The translations under genes and the position numbers were made by a program. Shown one piece after another: positions 6,988 to 15,170 of a stretch of 20,850 bases of DNA. Each line of letters starts with the position of its first letter. The stretch's first letter is position 1. The notes under the pieces were generated by a model that did no database searches, had not been told where the DNA came from, and saw only the letters and a list, made by a program, of their open reading frames with translations. The DNA lies in IMG/VR virus record IMGVR_UViG_3300024259_000179. One strand, 5' to 3'. This stretch comes from a virus.

Positions 6988-8607
6988 ATGGCAGACAATT
7001 TAACATCCATCGAGCAATTGATGGGTAGCTATGATTCCCAACGTAGTCGTTTAGCTGAAACCCAAAAGTTAGTCAGTAAGTGGGAACCTACTGGTTTACT
7101 TGAAGGAATCGACCAAGAAAATCAAATTCACGGAATGGCAGTTCTTCTTGAAAACCAAGCTCGTCAGTTGATTGATGAATCATCAAAAACTGGTACAGCT
7201 TCGAATTCAGAAGAGTGGTCAGGTGTGGCGTTACCTTTGGTACGTCGTATCTTTGGTGAATTGGCAGCACAGGACTTTGTTTCTGTTCAACCAATGAACC
7301 TTCCAAGTGGACTTATTTTCTACCTTGATTTCAAATACGGTACAGCTCAAACAGCTCAACATACGTCAGGATTCGACATACACGGTAACACTTCAGCTTC
7401 CAACGCAGACGCAAGTGGTGGTTTATATGGTGCAGGTAAATTTGGATATTCAGTGAATGACCAAACAGTAACCTCAGTTCCATCAGCTGAAGCATCAGCT
7501 TCTTGGAAAGAAGTAGAATTTGAACCTTCATTGAGTTCATCTATTGCCACAACGGCATCAGATCAAATCGTGAGAATCACGTGTGCAAAGGCGGACTTCA
7601 CAAGAGCAGATTGGGAAGGTGTAAGAGCATTCGCTGTAAGTGGTTCTGATATTTCAGCTCACTATCCAGCTTACTCATACACAGATGCAACTAATGCATA
7701 CTTCTTTGTAAAATCAACAAATGGTACTATCGGTTCAACTGCTGTTGGTGTAGCTTATCATCAACAACCTACGGATGTAACTCGTGGTGATTTTGAACAA
7801 AGTTCATTTACAACACCAGCTCCAAGTACTGCTGATGATGTAGATATTCCAGAAATTGACATTCAACTACGTTCAGTTAGCATCGTTGCTAAAACACGTA
7901 AATTGAAAGCAATTTGGACACCTGAGTTAGCTCAAGATCTTAACGCTTACCATAGTGTTGATGCAGAAGCAGAATTGACTTCAATGTTATCAGAATATAT
8001 CTCAATGGAAATTGATTTAGAAATTCTTGATATGTTGAAACAGAATGCAGACGCAAGAACAGAATACTGGTCAGCAAAAGTTGGTTTCGAGTTTAATTCA
8101 ACTACTAACCTATTTAGTGAAGTAAGTGGTAACTCCAATGCTTACACTAAAGGTGAATGGTTCCAGACACTTGGAAACAAACTACAAGCTGTAAGTAACA
8201 CAATCCATCAGAAAACTCTACGTGGTGGTGCTAATTTCATGGTGATTTCACCTGAAACAGCAACTATCATTGAAAGTATTCCTGGATACGCAGCAGACAC
8301 AGACGGCGACGCAATGAAAAACTCTTACGCAATGGGCGTACAGAAAGTAGGTGCGTTGAATAACAGATACACAGTTTATAAGAACCCTTATATGTTAGAA
8401 AATGACATTTTAATGGGATTCCGTGGAAGTAACTTCCTCGAAACTGGAGCTGTATATGCACCGTATGTTCCGTTAATCATGACACCATTGGTTTACGATC
8501 CGGTTAACTTTACTCCCCGTAAGGGCGTAATGACCAGATATGCTAAAAAAATGGTGAGGCCCGAATTTTACGGAAAAGTCATCGTCGCAGATGTCAATTA
8601 CGTTTAA
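6988..8607 (+). CDS. gp23: Major capsid protein, T4 gp23-like, 539 aa
   Basis: KWEPTGLLEG, LLENQ, LPLVRR, VSVQPMNLPSGLIFYLDFKY, AKTRKLKAIWTPELAQDLNAYHSVDAEAELTSMLSEYISMEIDLEI, YAPYVPL and FTPRKGVMTRY are hallmark gp23-family motifs; AGGAG RBS. Confidence 0.96.
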   Translation: MADNLTSIEQLMGSYDSQRSRLAETQKLVSKWEPTGLLEGIDQENQIHGMAVLLENQARQLIDESSKTGTASNSEEWSGVALPLVRRIFGELAAQDFVSVQPMNLPSGLIFYLDFKYGTAQTAQHTSGFDIHGNTSASNADASGGLYGAGKFGYSVNDQTVTSVPSAEASASWKEVEFEPSLSSSIATTASDQIVRITCAKADFTRADWEGVRAFAVSGSDISAHYPAYSYTDATNAYFFVKSTNGTIGSTAVGVAYHQQPTDVTRGDFEQSSFTTPAPSTADDVDIPEIDIQLRSVSIVAKTRKLKAIWTPELAQDLNAYHSVDAEAELTSMLSEYISMEIDLEILDMLKQNADARTEYWSAKVGFEFNSTTNLFSEVSGNSNAYTKGEWFQTLGNKLQAVSNTIHQKTLRGGANFMVISPETATIIESIPGYAADTDGDAMKNSYAMGVQKVGALNNRYTVYKNPYMLENDILMGFRGSNFLETGAVYAPYVPLIMTPLVYDPVNFTPRKGVMTRYAKKMVRPEFYGKVIVADVNYV

Positions 8608-8631
8608 TTCATAGCAGATTAAATAATGAAA

Positions 8632-8657
8632 AGGGGGAGTTTTTACTCCCCTTTTTT
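8632..8657 (+). terminator. Rho-independent terminator after the capsid gene
   Basis: GGGGAGT-TTTT-ACTCCCC (8634-8651) followed by T6; a preceding A-tract makes bidirectional function possible. Confidence 0.9.
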
Positions 8658-8701
8658 GTGCCTACTTGATACTTATTACTATACGAAAAGGAGTTATGAC
8701 T

Positions 8702-9346
8702 ATGTATGAACTAAAATGTAGTAAATGCGATACTATAAAAACTTATACGAATAAAAGGTCGTGGTATAATGCCAGACGATGCAAATCTCAATGTAAACCT
8801 TGCCAAAATAAAGAAAGTTCAACATATTGGAAGGGCAGGACAAAACCAAATTATCCAAAAAAGACAAATGGGAAAACTACAGATGGTGATTGGGATAGAA
8901 ATTGTCCAGATTGCAATAAAGTATTGTATTATTCGTCAAAGTGGGGTAGAGATGATGCAGAACGAAATGGTAGAATTTGTAATCAATGTTCCGCTTACAA
9001 ATATAAGAAATCTTGGAATAATGTAATAACAGATGACCACATAAAGAAAATGCGAGCAACCAAAGCAGGTTTTACTTCATGGGAAGAATACAAACAGAAA
9101 TATCCTTCCAAGAAAATGTATCAAAATGAAGTTAGACGATTAACCAGAAAACAACCTCTTCACATACTACCAAACTATTCAAAATTAGAAGAAAATTGGG
9201 GAAAAATGGGAGAAGATGGGGCTTACCAAATAGACCATATAATTTCTATAAATAAGGGTTGGAAAGATATGATACCAGCCGAAGAAATAGCAAACATTAC
9301 TAATTTACAGGTTATGAAATGGGAAGATAATTTACGAAAACACTAA
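8702..9346 (+). CDS. HNH-type endonuclease with two N-terminal zinc ribbons (start likely ATG 8702)
   Basis: Two CxxC-x21-CxxC units; C-terminal YQIDHIISINKGW...IANITNLQVMKWEDNLRK is HNH-like; AGGAG at 8689-8693. Confidence 0.75.
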   Translation: MYELKCSKCDTIKTYTNKRSWYNARRCKSQCKPCQNKESSTYWKGRTKPNYPKKTNGKTTDGDWDRNCPDCNKVLYYSSKWGRDDAERNGRICNQCSAYKYKKSWNNVITDDHIKKMRATKAGFTSWEEYKQKYPSKKMYQNEVRRLTRKQPLHILPNYSKLEENWGKMGEDGAYQIDHIISINKGWKDMIPAEEIANITNLQVMKWEDNLRKH

Positions 9347-9350
9347 ATAG

Positions 9351-9412
9351 AGAAGATTTACATCTTCTTGATAAATAAAATACTTGACTTTCTCACTTTT
9401 ATGTCGTAAGAT
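9351..9412 (+). promoter_or_regulatory. Stem-loop followed by a sigma70-type promoter
   Basis: AGAAGAT-TTAC-ATCTTCT hairpin (9351-9368), then TTGACT (9384-9389), a 17-bp spacer and TAAGAT (9407-9412). Confidence 0.7.
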
Positions 9413-9420
9413 CAAATATA

Positions 9421-9963
9421 ATGAACTGGCCCGGACCCATAATAGATAAAGCACTTCAACAATCCGTTGATAGTGATGTAATAGATAAATTTGAAAAAAT
9501 AAAGATACTTGTCGATACAGACACTAGAATATATCTATATAAAGATGGAAATAAAGAAGAATTAAAGTCTGAATTTTTACACGGGACAAATAAAATATCT
9601 GAAGTGTGTAATATAATTATATATTTAATGACCAATGAGTTTGTAGATATAAATGAGAATACTGTTGGTACGCGATTAAACTTGTTACGAGATTTATTTA
9701 ATACGTGTTCTAAAAAACTAAAATCCAATAAAAACTATAAAAAGGACAAGTTATTTGTTAGTAAGGTTAGGCATACCATAAGATTTTCTATGTATCCATA
9801 TTTTTACTCTAAAAAAATGCTATCAGGATTACAATTAAAGAAACACGAGCCAAATAAAGAGAATTTGACGAAATGTAATGAGTTATGGAAGAAATACGGT
9901 GGAATCAAGGGTACTCCAAAATTAAAATTAGTTCGCCGTGGTAATTGGATGAAATATTTATAA
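9421..9963 (+). CDS. Hypothetical protein, 180 aa
   Basis: Long ORF directly behind a predicted promoter; no recognisable motif and no SD. Confidence 0.6.
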   Translation: MNWPGPIIDKALQQSVDSDVIDKFEKIKILVDTDTRIYLYKDGNKEELKSEFLHGTNKISEVCNIIIYLMTNEFVDINENTVGTRLNLLRDLFNTCSKKLKSNKNYKKDKLFVSKVRHTIRFSMYPYFYSKKMLSGLQLKKHEPNKENLTKCNELWKKYGGIKGTPKLKLVRRGNWMKYL

Positions 9964-9968
9964 AAAAC

Positions 9969-10020
9969 ACTTGACTTTACCATTTATTCGTAGTATATTA
10001 CAACGTAACGAAAAAGGAAA
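9969..10020 (+). promoter_or_regulatory. 52-bp repeated early promoter and RBS cassette, copy 1
   Basis: TTGACT (9971-9976), 17 bp, TATATT (9994-9999), then AAGGA; identical to 10772-10823. Confidence 0.9.
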
Positions 10021-10022
10021 AG

Positions 10023-10295
10023 ATGATGAACTTAACATACACAACTAAAAAAGGTAAGACAACTTACTTAACGGCTTCAATCTCAAAAGAAACTGAAAAG
10101 GCTATGCTACTCTATTTTAGTGGATTTAAAACTGGGAACGAAATGTGGATTCCAAAATCTCAAATGACTACATTAGAAAATGGTGAAGTAGAGATACCAG
10201 CTTGGTTAGGTGGGAAAATACGACGTGAATTAACTCACGTAAGTAATTGGAAACCTTATATGGATGACACTAACAGATACGCACCGTGGAGGTAA
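10023..10295 (+). CDS. Small phage protein, 90 aa (probable small beta-barrel)
   Basis: ETEKAMLL...EMWIPKSQ...IPAWL pattern is typical of a recurrent phage hypothetical family; follows the promoter cassette. Confidence 0.65.
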   Translation: MMNLTYTTKKGKTTYLTASISKETEKAMLLYFSGFKTGNEMWIPKSQMTTLENGEVEIPAWLGGKIRRELTHVSNWKPYMDDTNRYAPWR

Positions 10296-10300
10296 TGAAT

Positions 10301-10483
10301 ATGAAAAAAGAATGGATGTTTACATTTGAGAGTGGTGGGTGGAATTCAGTATTTGCAGAGAGTAAGTCTGAAGCACGTAGACTTATGCTTAAAGAGTATG
10401 GTGATAGAAACCCTACCGCTAGTACTTTAAAAACAGTTGAAGGTAATATGAGTGAATACCGTATGTTATTAGCGTCATTTTAA
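10301..10483 (+). CDS. Small hypothetical protein (start likely ATG 10301)
   Basis: GGAGG at 10288-10292 lies 8 nt before ATG 10301. Confidence 0.6.
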   Translation: MKKEWMFTFESGGWNSVFAESKSEARRLMLKEYGDRNPTASTLKTVEGNMSEYRMLLASF

Positions 10484-10496
10484 TAAGGAGAACGAT

Positions 10497-10760
10497 ATGA
10501 ATAAAACCACCAAAAGAGAATTATTAACGAAAGTATTTGATTGGTTCGCAGACCGTTCCGATTGGAGAAGTCCAATTAACACAAACATATCATTCGCGAT
10601 AATGGTAAATAATGGATGGTCAAAAGACTTGATTAATGAAGCCATAGAGTTTTTTACAGCAACTACACCGACTTGGATTCCAGTTAGAGATAATGGATAT
10701 TATGATGTTGAGTGGAATGTTAAGTCTCATGGATACAGAATGGGACCCGCTGGAAGTTAA
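10497..10760 (+). CDS. Small hypothetical protein, 87 aa
   Basis: AGGAG RBS; operon packing. Confidence 0.65.
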   Translation: MNKTTKRELLTKVFDWFADRSDWRSPINTNISFAIMVNNGWSKDLINEAIEFFTATTPTWIPVRDNGYYDVEWNVKSHGYRMGPAGS

Positions 10761-10771
10761 TTGAAGAAAGT

Positions 10772-10823
10772 ACTTGACTTTACCATTTATTCGTAGTATA
10801 TTACAACGTAACGAAAAAGGAAA
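10772..10823 (+). promoter_or_regulatory. 52-bp repeated early promoter and RBS cassette, copy 2
   Basis: Exact copy of 9969-10020. Confidence 0.9.
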
Positions 10824-10830
10824 CTAAACA

Positions 10831-11022
10831 ATGAAAATAAATATGTTAAACGCCGATACCGGTGAAGTTGAAGTAAGAGAAGTGGATATTAATAATCCAG
10901 AATCTATTACAAACTTTGTAACTGAAACAAGAGGAACTCATAACTTATCAGATGAAGATACAGAAAAATTAATTGAATCTATATTTTCAACTGTTAGTTC
11001 AAGTATAGTAGGGGAGGCCTAA
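10831..11022 (+). CDS. Small acidic hypothetical protein, 63 aa
   Basis: First ORF after promoter copy 2. Confidence 0.6.
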   Translation: MKINMLNADTGEVEVREVDINNPESITNFVTETRGTHNLSDEDTEKLIESIFSTVSSSIVGEA

Positions 11023-11023
11023 T

Positions 11024-11344
11024 ATGAGTTACAATAACAGTCCATTAAATACTAAAAATAGGATAAACTTTGTTACTAATGAAAAACCAGTATTAGAGTT
11101 TATTAAAAATTACCCAGTGGTTGAACTCACTATGAGTGAATTCGTAGGAACTAAACGACAAACGATTGATGCTTATATAAATTGGTTAACTACTTATGGT
11201 AGCAATCATTCTAATTTAGGTGGTCGTCCTAAAACAGTTAATTCACCATCATTTGGCAGTAAAACATTCTATAAATTTGATTGGAATGGAGTTAAGGGTT
11301 GGGCAGAAGTTTTTCAGTATTTAACAGATAGGGAAGGAAACTAA
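11024..11344 (+). CDS. Hypothetical protein, 106 aa
   Basis: GGAGG upstream; tight packing. Confidence 0.6.
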   Translation: MSYNNSPLNTKNRINFVTNEKPVLEFIKNYPVVELTMSEFVGTKRQTIDAYINWLTTYGSNHSNLGGRPKTVNSPSFGSKTFYKFDWNGVKGWAEVFQYLTDREGN

Positions 11345-11346
11345 TA

Positions 11347-11535
11347 ATGAAATTAACTACATTTGATGCGGTAATGATAGCCGAGGGTGTTATACCACCA
11401 ACTAATAAACAAGAATGGATTGACTCGTGGCAGTTACTATTGGATGATGGAACTGTGTGGTCTTTACAGGGTTGGTTTGGAAGAATGGCTACAAGTTTAT
11501 TAGACGCTGGAATGATTGTGGAGAAATCAAAATGA
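11347..11535 (+). CDS. Small phage protein, 62 aa
   Basis: WQLLLDDGTVWSLQGWFGRMATSLLDAG resembles a recurrent phage hypothetical motif (WQxLxDxGxxWxLQGxxGRxA); its stop overlaps the next ATG (ATGA). Confidence 0.65.
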   Translation: MKLTTFDAVMIAEGVIPPTNKQEWIDSWQLLLDDGTVWSLQGWFGRMATSLLDAGMIVEKSK

Positions 11536-12059
11536 AAAGTATATTAATTAGTTTATTATTTTTTATATTTATAGGATGTTCAGACAATTCACCATTAAAT
11601 CCAGTAGTTGAACCAGATGTAATTTCACTTGAATTAGATTCAAGGTTGTTGGTAGATAATAATGGATATTACCATTTAGAGTTAAATCAAGGAAGTTGGC
11701 AAACAATTCATAGAATATCTGGTCACGCCTATTGGAATGATGAACCACTTGAAGTATTAAGAGTAAATTGGGAATCATCCCATTTTTGGTATATCGGAGA
11801 TACTCTTGGGTATATTGTAAGGATGGGACTTACAGATGATTTACAATATGTAAGTTATGATACGAGTTATGTGACTTGGTTTAATGGGTTTGAAGTTCCT
11901 GTGGTTAATTCAGTGAGTTACAGTAATTCTGAAGGAGAAGTAAATACGATGTTTGCCCCTGTTCGGTCAATGATAGGTGACACAATCACTATCTGGTCTT
12001 ATTACTGGAATAATGATTATGAAGTAATAGTGGATAGTTTGAAAATTATATTAGATTGA
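11532..12059 (+). CDS. Predicted lipoprotein (start re-assigned to ATG 11532)
   Basis: MK-SILISLLFFIFIG-C: basic N-terminus, hydrophobic core and lipobox cysteine; ATGA overlap with the upstream gene. Confidence 0.7.
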   Translation: MKSILISLLFFIFIGCSDNSPLNPVVEPDVISLELDSRLLVDNNGYYHLELNQGSWQTIHRISGHAYWNDEPLEVLRVNWESSHFWYIGDTLGYIVRMGLTDDLQYVSYDTSYVTWFNGFEVPVVNSVSYSNSEGEVNTMFAPVRSMIGDTITIWSYYWNNDYEVIVDSLKIILD

Positions 12060-12064
12060 TTTCT

Positions 12065-12114
12065 TATATTTATAACTGACAAATGACTATCTTTTTATAC
12101 ATCATATACTTATA
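12065..12114 (+). promoter_or_regulatory. TATATTTATA (12065-12074) and TATACTTATA (12105-12114) motifs, putative late promoters
   Basis: Intergenic, at the point where the accessory island ends and structural genes resume. Confidence 0.45.
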
Positions 12115-12148
12115 GATATGAATAAACATATTAATGGGGATTTAAAAA

Positions 12149-12631
12149 ATGAAAAAACACATTTTCCAAGAAAACTATGAAAGAATGTTCGGCTCATTAA
12201 ATGAGGGTGAATATGATGATTTAGTTAGTCAGTTAGAGAAGGTGGTCAAAAAACATTTTTCTAATTCCACGTATACAGTTAGATATTCAAATAATTTATT
12301 ACCATCAATTACTATTTATTTTACATTAGGACAGAAAAGTAATTGGTCTGGTGGTATATCACATAACTCACCATTAAAATTTAATATTCATGTATATGAT
12401 ATTGGAAAAGATAAGCTGTCATTTGAACCAGGTCATATCCGTATGACCGCAAAGGCAACTGAACGTCACATGGCATACAGTGGAATTAAATTCCCAACAC
12501 GTAAAGCAAAGGTTACTCAAGACGTATTGGTAAAGAAAGTAGATAAATTATTCAGTGATCTAAAAAGATTTGTTAAGAAAAATTATGATAAATTAGATGA
12601 CGGTCATAAATGGGTAAAAAAATATATTTAA
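12149..12631 (+). CDS. Basic protein, putative head-internal, 160 aa
   Basis: Leader MKKHIFQENYERMFGSLNE ending in LNE; flanked by the late-type motif and a terminator. Confidence 0.5.
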   Translation: MKKHIFQENYERMFGSLNEGEYDDLVSQLEKVVKKHFSNSTYTVRYSNNLLPSITIYFTLGQKSNWSGGISHNSPLKFNIHVYDIGKDKLSFEPGHIRMTAKATERHMAYSGIKFPTRKAKVTQDVLVKKVDKLFSDLKRFVKKNYDKLDDGHKWVKKYI

Positions 12632-12659
12632 ATAATATAGAAGAACATAATTAAAAACC

Positions 12660-12687
12660 AGGGAACTTTAAACAGTTCCCTTTTTTT
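12660..12687 (+). terminator. Rho-independent terminator
   Basis: GGGAACT-TTAAAC-AGTTCCC (12661-12680) followed by T7. Confidence 0.88.
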
Positions 12688-12719
12688 GTGCCCAAAATTA
12701 TTTCATTTTTTACATTTCT

Positions 12720-12729
12720 TATATTTATA
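12720..12729 (+). promoter_or_regulatory. TATATTTATA motif, putative late promoter of the neck operon
   Basis: Lies between the terminator and AGGAG/ATG 12765. Confidence 0.5.
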
Positions 12730-12764
12730 GATGAGAAATAATATCTTTTTTATAGGAGAATAAA

Positions 12765-13985
12765 ATGGCAGAAGCAATCTGGGACGGCAATCCGGGACCA
12801 ATTTCAGGATCAACCCCATTCGGGGCATTTGATAATGATTCTGTTTTTCAAAGTGAAGGACCTAAATTTGCAAATTGGGCAGCTAAACGAATGGGCTATC
12901 CAATCATGGAAATTGAAATGCCAAGTGGTTCATTTTATGCGTGTTTGGAAGAGTCAATTCAAGAATTTTCATCACAAGTAAATCAATTTAATATACGAGA
13001 AAATTTATTATCTTTACGAGGACAAGCGACTGGTTCAAACGTTACTCACAAAAACGTTACACCTAATTTCGCAGGGAGTATAAGAATTGCAGAACAATAT
13101 GGTACAGAAGCTGGAGTCGGTGGAACTATTGATTATAAAAGTGGTTCTATTTCAGTAAATAGTGGTTCACAAGTTTATGACTTAAATGCGTTATATGCTG
13201 ATGTATCAGAAAGTGGTAATGCAATAGAAATCAGAAAAGTATATTATGAAGCATCTCCAGCTTCCCAACGATTCTATGATCCGTATGCTGGAACAGGAGC
13301 GAGTAATTCCAACATGATGGAAGGATTTGGTTTTGGTGGTATGTCACCAGCAGTTCAATTTATGATGATGCCAGTATATGCTGACCTATTGAGAATGCAA
13401 GCTATTGAGTTTAACGATCAAATTAGAAAATCAGCTCACACATTTGAGTTAAGAAATAATAAACTTAGAATTTTTCCAAGTCCAACTACTACATATAACT
13501 TATGGTTCGAGTACATCTTAAAATCAGATAGGGATAATCCAATTCAAACGAGACACGGTGAAACTGGAAATGTAGTATCCGATTTTTCAAATGTACCATA
13601 TGATAACATGGAATATCAGTTTATAAATGATGTCGGTCGACAATGGATACGAAAATATGGTTTGGCATTAAGTAAAGAATTGCTTGGTATGATTCGTAGT
13701 AAATATGGATCAATACCTATTCCAGGATCTGAAACCACTCTTGATGGTGACACATTACGAGGTGAAGCCGCAACGGAAAAGGAAGCACTCATAACAGAAT
13801 TACGTGAAAATCTTGAAGCTTCAAGTCGTAAAGTGATGATGGAGTCCGATAAAGATGAATCTGAATATCTTGAAGAGAAATTAAAACGCGTTCCAATGCC
13901 AATTTACATTGCGAGTTTTATTTTTGGAATATTTAATATAGGACTATATAATGATCAAATGTCAAGTTTGCTACAGACAATTTAA
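12765..13985 (+). CDS. Neck or head-completion protein (T4 gp13-like adaptor)
   Basis: KRMGYPIMEIE and QWIRKYGLALSKELLGMIRSKYGSIPIPGSETTLDGDTL resemble gp13 (WVKDYATALxKxxxGxxxxKxxGxxLPGGVTxDG); position after the capsid gene. Confidence 0.7.
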   Translation: MAEAIWDGNPGPISGSTPFGAFDNDSVFQSEGPKFANWAAKRMGYPIMEIEMPSGSFYACLEESIQEFSSQVNQFNIRENLLSLRGQATGSNVTHKNVTPNFAGSIRIAEQYGTEAGVGGTIDYKSGSISVNSGSQVYDLNALYADVSESGNAIEIRKVYYEASPASQRFYDPYAGTGASNSNMMEGFGFGGMSPAVQFMMMPVYADLLRMQAIEFNDQIRKSAHTFELRNNKLRIFPSPTTTYNLWFEYILKSDRDNPIQTRHGETGNVVSDFSNVPYDNMEYQFINDVGRQWIRKYGLALSKELLGMIRSKYGSIPIPGSETTLDGDTLRGEAATEKEALITELRENLEASSRKVMMESDKDESEYLEEKLKRVPMPIYIASFIFGIFNIGLYNDQMSSLLQTI

Positions 13986-14685
13986 AAGAATAAATATTTT
14001 TCATCTAAAAACTCATGATATAAAAAATGAGACAGAATATCTGAAATTATATCCAGGTTCTAAATTATTTGATGAAAATTATACAAAAAAAATATCTAAT
14101 TCAGTTAAAACATTGTGGAAAGATAAAGATTACAGAATCAGCGTCGAATTGTATTTAAAAAATAAACCAGATGATGTAATGGACAAAATAAAGAAATCAG
14201 TTTCTAAATTACATGAAAATGGACATTATGATCACATTTATACTGAAGAGAGGAACAAGAAAATTTCAATTGGTAAGAAAAAATGGTGGAAAACTCAAGA
14301 TTCTAAGTTATTAATGAAAAAATGGCTAGGTGATTACATTGGATCTGAACGGCATATTGAAAATACAAAGATAAATGGGGCTTTGGGATTTTTAGCAAAT
14401 AAAAAATCTGGAAGATGGAAACAGACACAACCAGAAAAGGACTATGAAATGGATCTTATAGCAAATAAAATAAAATATATTAGTGAGTATAAGGTAGATG
14501 GTAAATTTTTTGATTTTTATTTAGTTGCCGAAAATAAATTAGTAGAAATAGATGGTGAATTTTATCATCCAGAAACATTAGATGAATGTAGGTGTGATTT
14601 TCAAGAACGAAATTATTTTAATGATATTAAAAAGAATGAAATTGCAAAAAATAATGGATATAAATTACAAAGGATACGAGTATAA
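13951..14685 (+). CDS. Free-standing homing endonuclease, Vsr/DUF559-like catalytic domain with a zinc finger and NUMOD3-like repeats
   Basis: CQVC...HLKTH zinc finger; KKISNSVK and RNKKISIGKKKWW NUMOD3-like segments; TQPEK, FFDFYL, VEIDGEFYH, ND..K and NGYKLQRI match the Vsr/DUF559 pattern. Confidence 0.8.
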   Translation: MIKCQVCYRQFKRINIFHLKTHDIKNETEYLKLYPGSKLFDENYTKKISNSVKTLWKDKDYRISVELYLKNKPDDVMDKIKKSVSKLHENGHYDHIYTEERNKKISIGKKKWWKTQDSKLLMKKWLGDYIGSERHIENTKINGALGFLANKKSGRWKQTQPEKDYEMDLIANKIKYISEYKVDGKFFDFYLVAENKLVEIDGEFYHPETLDECRCDFQERNYFNDIKKNEIAKNNGYKLQRIRV

Positions 14686-15170
14686 TGGCCGGTAGATTTT
14701 TACCATCACGTGACTTAGATCTTTTCACCCAGGTGAACAAAGAGCTAATAGGGGATTTAAAAGAAGGTAAAGATGGTATAATTAACCAACAAGTAGTCTT
14801 ATATAAAATATCAGCACACGATACAATGACCAATATGTACGGTGAATCATCTGGAGGTAAGAGATATAAGACCGGTGTAAAGTTTGCTTGTCTCATTGAG
14901 TCCGAAGATATGGATTTTAATACAGATGAGTTTGGAAGTGATATGAATCAAAATACATCATTTCATATTTTACGTCAAATTTTAATTGATTTAACACTTG
15001 TTCCTGAAATCGGTGATATAATTGAATGGAATTTTACTCAATGGGAAATAAATAGTATTGTTGAGAATCAACTTGTAGGTGGAATGCAAGATAATAATTT
15101 TTCTGTGACTTGTGTAACTCATTTAATTAGAGAATCAAACTTGGGAATGAATAGGGTTAGGAGTATTTAA
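14685..15170 (+). CDS. Neck or head-closure protein (gp14-like)
   Basis: NMYGES and VPEIGDIIEW...WEINSIVENQ resemble gp14 motifs; lies between gp13-like and gp15-like genes. Confidence 0.55.
   Translation: MAGRFLPSRDLDLFTQVNKELIGDLKEGKDGIINQQVVLYKISAHDTMTNMYGESSGGKRYKTGVKFACLIESEDMDFNTDEFGSDMNQNTSFHILRQILIDLTLVPEIGDIIEWNFTQWEINSIVENQLVGGMQDNNFSVTCVTHLIRESNLGMNRVRSI

Noticed and set aside
7088-8461. Several short minus-strand ORFs inside the capsid gene
   Set aside because: Fully overlap the conserved gp23 coding sequence; no independent support.
9969-10823. CRISPR-like or att-site interpretation of the 52-bp repeats
   Set aside because: Only two copies, 803 bp apart, with clear promoter architecture; no cas or integrase gene in the window.
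13905-14690. Group I intron interpretation of the endonuclease insertion
   Set aside because: Only about 40 nt precede the ORF and none follow it, leaving no room for a ribozyme core; no P/Q/R/S elements seen.
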